From Octopus vulgaris (taxonomy: Eukaryota), in NCBI GenBank assembly GCA_951406725.2, contig OX597817.1, forward strand, positions 110,856,001-110,920,000: a stretch of DNA of 64,000 bases, read 5' to 3'. Below, in pieces: positions 38,033 through 48,678 of this stretch (the first letter of the stretch is position 1; each line of letters begins with the position of its first letter). A model generated the notes under the pieces. The model did not search any database and was not told where the DNA came from. It saw nothing but the letters and a program-made list of their open reading frames with translations. A program made the position numbers and the translations under genes.

Positions 38033-38425
38033 TATGTACCTGTATGTAGGAGTATATATGTGTGTGTGTGTATGTATATGTGTGTATATATATATATATG
38101 TATATTTATTGGTGTATATGTATAGACTAGCCTCCTAAAGTGTAGACACGAATCTGTAGGTACGAGTACGTATGTGTATATACGTGAACGTATGTAGATG
38201 TTTGTGTGTATGAATATAACGCGTGCGTACGTGTATGTGTATGAGTGTATGAATGGGTGAATGTACGTGCTAATGAGTGTGCGTGCGGGAATGAGTACTT
38301 GCCTTCTAGTAGACAGACAAATGGACTTGCAGCCATAGCCAGGATTCTTAGCCCTAGCGATCAAAGATAACAAAAGTAATAAATGAAGATAATAAAATTA
38401 AAATTAGGGAATGGGCCTGTATTGG

Positions 38426-38464
<39 letters not shown>

Positions 38465-38551
38465 ATGTATGTATGTGTGTATGTGTAGGTATGTATAGGT
38501 ACACATGTGTATGTATGTATGTGCACACATGTATATATATGTGTATGCGTG

Positions 38552-38582
<31 letters not shown>

Positions 38583-38890
38583 GTACATAGGTGTATGTGG
38601 GTGTATGTACATATAGGTGTAAATATGTGTATATAGGGAACTAGGTGTGTTGTGTGTGCATGAGTGTATGTGCGTATGAATATATATTTTTCTGTGTATA
38701 TATGTATGTGTGGTCGTGGGTATATATATATATATATATATACATGTGTGTATGCGTGCATGCATGGGAGTGAGTGTATGCATATATACGTGTGTGTATG
38801 TGTAGACAGGTATAGGCATGTGCATGTGTATAAATTTGTATATGTGGGCGGGTGTATGTATGTGTGTATGTAGATATGTATGTATGTGTG

Positions 38891-38945
<55 letters not shown>

Positions 38946-39005
38946 ATATATATATGTGTATATGTATGTGTGTGTAGATACGTATACATGTGTGTATAGG
39001 TATAA
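36770..39005. repeat. Degenerate (TA/TG/CA) compound microsatellite, ~2.2 kb, with a short unique island at ~38125-38430
   Basis: Direct reading; source of the many Y/I/H/T/V/C/M-rich spurious ORFs. Confidence 0.9.
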
Positions 39006-39259
39006 GTGAGAATCTCCTTATTTACCTATAACTCTATCCCCCCTTTTTTTATATATATTTTTATATATATATTTTTTTATATATATTTTTTATTTTTTTA
39101 TTTTTTTATTTATCTATTCTTTAATCTAACTTACCACTGACTCCTTGACCACTCCCCCAAGTATGATATTTTGCGCTATGCCTACCCCCAAAAAGTCCCC
39201 CACCACCACTCCTTTAAACCTGCCTAAATGTATAAATGCTAATACAATTCTTGTTAAAT

Positions 39260-39310
39260 AGCTTCCTGAAGATTTCTCTTGAATGAAACAGTACTAGTCC
39301 TGTAGAAGCT
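39260..39310 (+). ncRNA. Type I hammerhead ribozyme motif
   Basis: Stem I AGCTTC/GAAGCT; core CTGAAGA (39266-39272); stem II TTC-tctt-GAA above a U.U pair; GAAA (39285-39288); stem III ACAG-tactagtc-CTGT; cleavage triplet GUA, predicted cut after 39304. Confidence 0.8.
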
Positions 39311-40652
39311 CCTTCTATATAATAAATATATATATATATATATATATAACAATGTTCTTGGTTTGAATCTTTGTTATTTTTAGGAATTTATATCTAGTTG
39401 TTATGTTTCAGATAGAAATCTTATAAATAGTAGAGCAACACCTAAAATAAACTCAGTCTTGTTGTATTTCAGCTTTTATTATGATTGATTATGTAATGAG
39501 TTATATGAAGAAGGTTTAATTGCTCTCATTTACTTGCCATGACTTTGAGCTGAGACATTTCTTCCTAGCTTTTTCTCAAACCTTTTATTTGTAGTTTTTG
39601 TTTTCTTTCTCACATAACCATCTCTATCTTCTCCCTTTCCATTTTTTCCCTTACTCATAAGTATGTCTCATCTTTACTTTCACTATCTACCTCTTTCTTT
39701 CTCTCTTACCACATCCACCTACTCTCTGTTTTACCATCTTTACCCCTCACTTTCTATTTTACCACCTTCAACCCTTTGCATCATTTTCAATCCTCTCAAA
39801 TATGCTATCCTCTTCATTTTCCTATTCTTTTTTTTTATGATCTCTATCTTTCCTTACTTCATTCTGTATCAAGTGCAATTTCCTTCTGGTTCTGTCTCTT
39901 TCTTTTCTCTCCTTCACTTTCATATAACCCTGTGCCTCAGAATTTTTTTTTCTTTCATTTTAAATCATATTCCATTCGTAGCAACAGTAATTACTTTGTG
40001 ATCTTATATTATGCTTCATTTCAAAGATAAATCTTACATACAGTCAGAGCTATTTCTCATATCAGTATCTTTTTGCAGTTACAAACACTGAATATTACAT
40101 CACTAAGTTTGTTTTGAAGTATCATAATGCAGTATGTCGTTATCATCATCATCACCGCTGCCATCAAAAGTCATTTCATAGTCCATGAAATAAATATCTA
40201 AATATATATGTCTCTGTTTATCATCATCAATAACTGAGATTACAATGAATTATATTGTAACTATTATTCAGAATGAAGAAGCTGTATTGACAGAAATATT
40301 CCTTCACAATTTCTATGCAAATCTGGTCAAGGTGATTTCACTTTCATCCTTTTAGGTGTTGATAAAACGAGTATCAGCTGACTAAGTACTGAGCTTTATA
40401 TAATCTAATCAACTGTTCCTCTTCCTGAAAATGTGTGGCCTTATTTGTATGTTAAGGGCAATTATTATTATGGTGGTGAATTGGCAGAAGTGTTAAAGTA
40501 TTGGACAAAATGCCTTGCAGTATTTGTTCCTACTCTTTATACTTTGACTTCAAATCTTGTGTTGATCAGTTTTCCCTTTCATCCTTTTAGAGTCAATAAA
40601 ATAATTTCTGGCCCTGTAACTAAGCTAGAAACAATTATTATTGCTATCCTTT

Positions 40653-40725
40653 GAAGAATTAGCTCAAATGGTAGAGCACTTGCTTTGCAGGTGAGAGGTA
40701 ATATGATCAATATCTGAACTTTGTA
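40653..40725 (+). pseudogene. tRNA-Ala(TGC) pseudogene
   Basis: GAAGAATTAGCTCAAATGGTAGAGCACTTGCTT-TGC-AGGTGAGAGGTA.. is colinear over 73 nt with metazoan tRNA-Ala (GGGGAATTAGCTCAAATGGTAGAGCGCTCGCTT-AGC-ATGCGAGAGGTAG..); acceptor and T arms are broken. Confidence 0.8.
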
Positions 40726-40766
40726 AAGTTTAATTACTGTTTGGCCTTGTGTCCAAATTAGAAATT

Positions 40767-40767
<1 letters not shown>

Positions 40768-40798
<31 letters not shown>

Positions 40799-40811
40799 TT
40801 ATTATTATTAT

Positions 40812-40848
<37 letters not shown>
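40768..40848. repeat. Compound (TAC)n(TAT)n(AAT)n microsatellite
   Basis: Direct reading. Confidence 0.9.
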
Positions 40849-43182
40849 TAGCTGTAAGATGGCAGAATTTTTAAGCACACTGCATGTGTGCTTAGCAGTA
40901 TTTTCCCACTGCTATGTTCTGAGTGCAAATTCCACCAAAGTCAACTTTGCCTTTCATCCTACTGGGGTTAATGTTATCGACATAACCCATACCCTGAACT
41001 TGCTGGCTTTGTGCTGAAATTTGAAATTATCATTATTGAGCACTACGGTTGATGTAATAGATTATCCCCCTCCTCCAAATTTCAAACCTGGTGCTAGTGC
41101 CTATAGCATAAAGAATCATCATCTTTATTATTATCATTAATATTAGTATTTTGAGAAAATGGAAGGCCAAATTGGTTAGGTACTGAACAAGTAGCCAATG
41201 GGTCGTTGATGCATATACCCTGTCATTTTGTGTTGTGTCATGTCTGTAGCTAAAATATGCATGGTTTAATTACTATCATTTACATGGCATAACTTCTAGC
41301 AGAACATTTCTATATTTTTTCCTGCTTCTGCCAGTTTATTCTTAATCTGCTTCATTCATATTTCTTTTCCTTCCAAACTTACCTATCTGTATCTCTCCCC
41401 TCCTCTCTCTCTCCTTCCTATCATGGGCATTCTTTCCCTTTATTTTCTTTGTCTTCAGTCCTGAGTCAAATTGAATATAAGTGGGAACTGGTTTTTCTTG
41501 TGTTTCTTTTTGTCAATGCCCTCTTTTTCTCAGCTTTCGCTTTTTGGTAATAGAAGTCGTATCCATTGTGGTATTTTTGATGATCATGATCAGATGCATG
41601 AACAGCCCATGAAGAAATATTAATATTAAAACTTTCCAATATTTACATTGGTTCTTTTATTGCTGTCTTAGAGATTTTAATGGACCTGTTCTTTCTTGCA
41701 ATTCTCTGTACAGAAGAATATTTAGCAGTTGATCCAACATTATTTTAAGTGTAGCCAACTCAATACTGCTGGTGAGTCTAGTCTGACCAAGAATTTTGTT
41801 ATCCGTAACATGGTCTTGTCAACATAATACAAAAGTTAGTTTGTCTGATGGAAGTATTTCAGACTTTCTTTTTAATGATAATCTTTGATACCGTGTTCTG
41901 ATACTAAATCCTGACTGGATACAATATCAATATATAACTTAACTTTGAAATCCATTGTGTGTATTTCACTCTTTATTGATGTATTATATATAATATACAA
42001 TACATAATATTACATATCTTAATTCACCTAACTGGAAAGTTGAGTGAAATAGACTTGTCCTGTCTGGCAAGAGATTTGTCTTATCTACTTAATGTTAAAC
42101 ATTTATAAGCCTGTTTGTGAATTAGGAAATATTTACTATAAGAAAGTGCAGTGCAGTGGTGGAAAATGTAAAATTGATAAGTGATTTGTTAGCTTGTAAT
42201 GCTGAGCTGAAATCATTCTAAATACTTAGAGAAAGCAACAGAGGGAAAGTCCAGGATATCTCGTTGATGTTTCATAAGCAGAACTGCTAGGAACTGGTGT
42301 TAACTAGATAGTAAGTGATATGCCATGCCACATTACTGTTAGACTTTAAATACTGGTACTAGGAGTTGTTTATTACCTAGATAAAACTTAAGAAAATGAT
42401 AACATTTCATTAAACAACTTCCTTTCTTACGCATAGAGAGCTACAAGTACATATATATGTTTGCACATTTAGACAGCATCGCAACTATACTAATATTTAT
42501 ATTCATTAAAGTATATCATGCCAGATGTAGATGGAACTGAAGTAAAACAAATCTAATTTTCACTTGATTCATCTTATCTGCCTATGACATGATCCGAAAA
42601 TTGATAAGATTTTATTCATTGAGAAAAAAGCCAACAACTGATATTCAGCTATGCAATTTGCTAAATACATAGATGGGACTAAAAACCTGTATAATTAGTG
42701 ACATTCTGAAAGACTGGAGGATAGTGACAGCAAAGAGATGACCTTTTCAAGTTTGTTTACTTTATATTGTAGCAGTTAGAAACTTGAGGCAGTGTTGTAA
42801 ATCTGAATAGATAGCATGAAAATAAAATGGAGAAGTCCTTTTCACCTCCTGACTGAGCATTTTGATGCTGTTTGGTAAATGGAATTTGTAATAACTAGGT
42901 TAACTCTTTCATAAACATATTTCTAATAAAATACTCTATGAAAATGTATCATTGATTTAGAAAGTTTTGCAAAGTAACTGATGTCTTCATTATTAAACTG
43001 TTATTTGAAACATAACAAAGAATTTTTACAGAAAATAAAAGAATAAAAAGTCAAATATGAAGACTTTAAAATGAGGCAACTTGTATCATGGAATTGAAGA
43101 TGGTCTTCAGTGGGCTGGCATTATAAGTATTGATAATAGAAGGTACGTCCATTTTATAGCTACTTTTTATGGTGCAAGTGAA

Positions 43183-43490
43183 GGAAGGCACATAGCTTTG
43201 TGGTTAGAGTATTCAGCTCACAATCGTAAACTTGTGAGTTCAGTTCCTGGTAGTGTGTTGTGTCCTTGAGCAAGACACTTGCTCCAATTCACTCAGCTGG
43301 CAAAAATGAGTTGTACCTGTATTTCAAAAGGGCCAGCCTTGTCACACTTTGTGTCACACTGAATCTTCCTGAGAACTATGTTAAAGGTATGCATGTCTGT
43401 GGAGTACTCAACCACTTGCATGTTTATTTCATAAGCAGGCTGTTCCATTGACTGGATCAACTGGAATCCTTTTCATTGTAACTAGTGCTA
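43183..43490 (+). mobile_element. tRNA-derived SINE (family shared with 46434-46760)
   Basis: tRNA-like head, ttgtgtccttgagcaagacactt core, aagggccagccttgtcaca...gatcaactggaa. Confidence 0.85.
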
Positions 43491-44886
43491 GTTTTAAAAA
43501 ACTTTTTTCATGGGAGATATTTATCTAAGATAATAAACCTTAAATGCTTAAGGTTGGCTATTTTGTTGAATCTTAATTTAGTTATTAAATCAAGTACTAT
43601 TGTTTATATTAGTGCTAATTCATGGCAAACTTGAATTTAGCCTCTCCTTTTTGACTACAGACCTCGCCCCATTAGAGAATAACACTTTACTTACCTAATA
43701 ACTAATTAGATCACAAACAAGATGTAATAGTTATACTCCAGTTGCTGAATTTCTGTACTCTCATTACATTATGTTATAGAGAACAAGGTGGTAAGTTGCA
43801 AATTTTAAGCAACCACTTAGTATGACGTGAGTTGCATAAGTAAAATGTAAAGAACTAAAATGTGATGCAGCTGCTCTAAGAAGCAGAAAATGATTAACAT
43901 AAAATTTTGAAGAAGAATTAACATTGTATTTTTACTTGGAAAAGGAGCTACTAGAGTAGAAAAACTTATTAGAGAGGGGACAAAGCAATAAAATAAAGAG
44001 ACTTTTCAGGAAGTTGAGTCACTTGATTAGTAGGCTTAACAGAATAGAGTTTGGCAGAATATTGACCATGGAAATAGTCAAAGAAAAGAAATAAAAGAGC
44101 AACATTAACAGTGATGTGAGAAAGGGTTGAAGTTTAATTAGCAAAACTGGGTCAGTAACTTGAGAAACAACTTGCTTTTGAATTAGATCAAAGAGAGAAA
44201 GAAAACCAGTTGAGTAACACCAGCCCAGATGTGACAATGCTTCCAAATGTATTCTTTATCTTTATAAATCTCTAAGGAGCAAATACGAGATTTATATAGA
44301 TTAAGAATGTTCTTGATAGAAAGATATCAAGCTCAATATAGAGAACCAGCCATTAGACAAAGTTAAGCTTATATAACTAACATATGTTTCAGTATGGGGC
44401 GAGAGTTCATTTTGTTTTTATTATCAGTTACAACATTTTATTTATTAATATTTTGGTGGAAAAGACCTGTGCAAAAAAATAAATAACTAGCTAAATAAAT
44501 AAATAAATAAAAGTTGGGAGGTACCCAGGATATATATTTTGGTTGCGTTAGATGAACACTGCATGTCCACCGAAGTTGGTAAATTTTTCTTTATTATAAT
44601 TCAGTTCTTATAGTATCATGATATAATCTGATACTTTGTGTTTATTTTTGAGTGAGCTTATGCTAAAGTTGGTATACTCAGCAAGGTAGCTGATAGCAAC
44701 CACCATATGCCACAGGTTGCACTAGATGCTAACTAAATTCTTAAGTCTTTTGAATTTATTTACTCTTGATTTAACTTTATCTTTCATTCCACTTCGTTTC
44801 ATAAAATATTTAACAGTAATATACTGAAGTTTGCTTCAGTAGGCAATGTATAGTAATGTATTACTATTACTATTGTTTATTATTTA

Positions 44887-45322
44887 AGGTGGCAAGCTGG
44901 CAAAATCATGAGCACTCCGGGGAAAAAACGATTAGTGGTATTCCATCCGCTTTATGTTCTGAGTTCAAAGATTGACTTTGCCTTTCATCCTTTTGGCCGC
45001 AACACTGGGATCAGTGTAATTGACTTACACCTGAAAATGTCAGGCCTTGTGCCTTTAGTAGAAAGGCTTATTATAATAATTATTGTTGTTGTTGTTGTTA
45101 TTAAGGTGGTGAGTTGACAGAATCATTAGCAAGTTGGGCAAAATGCTTAGTGGTGTTTATTCCAGTTCTTTACATTCTGAGTTTAATCCTACCAAAATTA
45201 ACTTCGCCTTTCATCCTTTCAGGGTCAATAAAATAAGTACCAGTTAAACACTGGGGTTGGTGTAATCAGCTGGCCCCCACCCCCAGAATTTCAAGTTGTG
45301 TGGCTATAATAGAAAGAATTAT
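44887..45322 (+). mobile_element. Two head-to-tail SINE copies
   Basis: aggtggcaagctggcaaaatc.. (44887) and aaggtggtgagttgacagaatc.. (45103); each has ttctgagtt..actt.gcctttcatccttt and ends tagaaag..ttatt. Confidence 0.85.
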
Positions 45323-46433
45323 TTAGACAAGCCACAGAAATCATTATAACTGATAACATAAGTAAATCTAATGGGTAAAGAGTGCAAAATATGAAATTTG
45401 TCTTGCATTTCCCACGCTTTGTAAATCTGTTGACATATTATATATATAGGATAGTAGAAATTATGATGACAATACTTTACCCCTACAAATCCCTAGTGCC
45501 ATAAGGGAAAGCATCTAAGAATAATAATGAATGTTGGAACTAAAATTAGTAGTAGATGTAGTAGAGTTCTTCAAATATTTTGAATGTGTATTTTCAGTTT
45601 TGTGCTTAAAAAAATATTCTGTATTCATGATATTGAACATGATACTTAATAGCAACAAGCAACATAATAGCAGCTGCAGACAGCAACTACAAATGTCCAC
45701 AAAAAAAATAGGAGGAAGGTGAGGAGGAAAGAAAAAGGAAATGAAAATAAAACAAAACTGCTGACAGTTATAACAGTCTGAAAATGATATTTCAACATTT
45801 AAGGGTCTGCTCAGTTGGCAGATTGTTGTTTATTTTATTCTTATTCTTTTTTCCTTTTTATATCCTCCCACCACCACTACTCTTTCTGTGGGTATAGCAA
45901 TGCTCTGGATACTTAACTCGTTACATCATTAACAAAGGGAAGCAATTGTAGTGAGGGAGGATAAACTCTTTTCAGCATTTCCCCCTTTATTGTTGTTGTT
46001 CTAAAACATTTTAATAATTCTTTACTACTTTTTAGCTTTCATATATGTTTTAAAAATTCATTAATTTCATTAAAATATTATTATAAAGGCGTTATTTTGT
46101 GTGCCTTTGTGGGTTAGAAATTTTTTGCTAAGTTTTGTTGTTTAATCCCAGGTCAGTTCTCCCAGCAGATGTATGATCAAAGACATTCAAACCATGAGCA
46201 TCCCAAGACCACATTATCTAACATGTCCTTTTGGAAGATTATAGATTATGATCGGAAAGAATTTGGTTGCTGTTTCTAGCAGGACCACATGGAATTTTCT
46301 TTGTTGGGTTTCAAGTATCCTTGTTTTCCAGTTGTGATGAATTGCTACAAATCCAATTCAGTGTTTATTTATTTTTAACTTCTTGAGTGGGTAGGTTTGG
46401 TTTTGATTCTTTTTAGAATTTATGTATTTCTAA

Positions 46434-46760
46434 TGTGAAGGCACATGATTTAGTGGTTGGGGGTATTTGGCTCACGATTGTAAGGTAGAGTAGTTTGATT
46501 CCTTGTGGGATGTTGTGTCCTTGAGCAAGACACTTTATTTCACACTGCTCCAGTCCACTCACCTGCCAAAATGAGTTGTACCAGTAATTGAAAGGGCCAG
46601 CCTTGTCACATTCTGTGTCACACTGAATCTCTCTGAGACCTATGTTAAGAGCATGTGCATCTGTGGAGTGTTTAGCCACTTGTACGTTAATTTCATGACT
46701 TGGCTGTGCTGTTGATCACATCAACTGGAACACTCATCATCGTAACCGACAGAGTTCCAG
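46434..46760 (+). mobile_element. Full-length tRNA-derived SINE with 14-bp TSD
   Basis: TSD ttatgtatttctaa (46420-46433) / ttatgtacttctaa (46761-46774); homologous to 43183-43490. Confidence 0.9.
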
Positions 46761-48646
46761 TTATGTACTTCTAACTATATTGGTATAATGTGTTCAATTT
46801 TAAAATTATTTAGTGCACTTGATTCATAGATATCTCTGTGTATGTATGTGAGTGTAATATCAGCTTTATCCATCTAAGCTCATTTTATTTAGAGATTTAT
46901 AAAACTTAAACATTTTTCCTCTACTTAAATCTTTATTAAAGTTTCATAAATTTTCAAGTTGACATTCAACTGAAAAAAACAAAAAAACAAAAAAAAAAAC
47001 TGAAGAAATGGAAATAAAAAAAATTCCATTTATTTATTTATTTATTTGTCTTTTATAAAATGTGATGTAAAATTAAACAAAAATGAATAGGCTGATGCAA
47101 TTTTGAAGAGAAGAAAAGAGTTGTCCTGAAAAAAAGTACACCAGTTGTTGAATGAATAATTATTTTTGTTTAGTTAATTATATTTCATTTATTTATTCAT
47201 TTATTGTTTTTATATTTGTGTTACTTACAACTGTTGATATATTTGGAGTTATTTTTGTCCTTCACTGACCTCCCATTCTAATCAAATACCTGTCTTGGTA
47301 GTCACCCCCTATCTATTTCTGAATACATCTAGTTATTAATATGTTTTACTTCTCTTCTTTCCTCCTCCTTTCATTTTGAGAAAGTCTTTAAAATTCAACC
47401 TATGCTCTTTCATATTCAACCATCATATATACCATTCTTTTTCTTACTATTACATTCTCTTTTTTCGTTTATTTAGTTTTCTCTTCATCATCATTATGAT
47501 TTCTTTTTACCAAATTTTGTTTGGTGTTACTTATTTACAAAAATTAAATAATCTGTTGCTTATAATGCATGATAATAATACAGGCATGCAGGTATACATT
47601 GTCATTGGTTAGAATATCTATATATAGCATATACATACCTACTCTTATGTACATACTCTATATATACTGGCATATGAATGACTTTATTGATTATTTTGGA
47701 CATAGTAAAATGTAATCATGTTTCAGAATTTGCAAATTTAGACCTGTGTTTGTGTGTATGTGTGTGATATAGACTTGAGTTCAATATTCTAACATTATTT
47801 TACCTATCATTACTAACGTCTAATAATAAAGCAGCCCATCTTTATTTCATGAACAGATTTAGAATTAAACTCTACTCCACCATCATCATCATCATTGTTT
47901 AAAATGTGTTTTCCATGCCAGCATAGGATGGAATGTTTGACAGGAGCTAGCCTGCCAGGGAGATGTCCAGATGCCAAAGAAACATAGTTAGATTATGAAA
48001 TGATTCAAGATTAACTTGATGATGATGAAAAATGGTGATGGTGGTACTTGATCATGTGATCAAACCAAGAAAATCATGTTTCCATTGGTTTTCCAAATTA
48101 TTGATGCTGTCTGTTGGTCACAGCTCCGAACACAAATGTAACTGCTTGATGATGACAGGGCAGGATTTTAACTCAGAATGCAAAGTGTTGAAATAGATAC
48201 CACAAGGCACCCCATCTGTGCTCAAAAATTCTACCAATCCACTGCCTTGGACTAATACATTTTTTTTTTAATCAACCCCCGAAAGAACTGAAAGAATGAA
48301 AGGTAAATCCTCATTAGGATTTGGATTCAGAGTGCAGATAGTAGGAATAAACAAACAGTGTGAACTCTGTCAGTTTACCACCTGATAAGAAATAGCTAAG
48401 ACTTACTAAATTTAAACAGTATATAGGTTCAAATTTAGCATTCAGATTTCAGTGTAGCAGATAAAACATTTGGCCCTAATTTGAAAGGAAGCAAAACAGC
48501 ATCACTTTTAGCAGACAAACAAAAGATAGACAAATATGTAGTAATATGTATTGATGTACCATTTTCATATATCTGGTTGTTGGCCATAAATGTATAGTTA
48601 GAGAGAGATATAAAAACATATTCACTCCCCCAACACACATACTCTC

Positions 48647-48678
<32 letters not shown>

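Larger units (their letters stand above)
36447..39327. mobile_element. Non-autonomous Penelope-like/retrozyme-like element with inverted pseudo-LTRs and a microsatellite-filled body, inserted in (TA)n
   Basis: 36514-36748 and 39093-39327 are 235-bp inverted repeats with one substitution by my alignment; each has a hammerhead motif followed by AATAAA; the left copy has an extra tail (36447-36513); (TA)n on both flanks. Confidence 0.75.
40300..41120 (+). mobile_element. Cluster of degenerate head-to-tail SINEs around a tRNA remnant and a trinucleotide microsatellite
   Basis: Repeated ctttcatccttttag, ggcaga(a) heads at ~40482 and ~40861, (ATT)n tails. Confidence 0.7.

Noticed and set aside
36886-38373. 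495-aa ORF and many overlapping ORFs
   Set aside because: Translations of TA/TG/CA microsatellite, which lacks stop codons; low-complexity Y/I/H/T content and no domain
43850-44360. Possible decayed gag/ORF1 coiled-coil fragment (also 54320-54620)
   Set aside because: Many stops and no diagnostic motif; cannot be supported without a search
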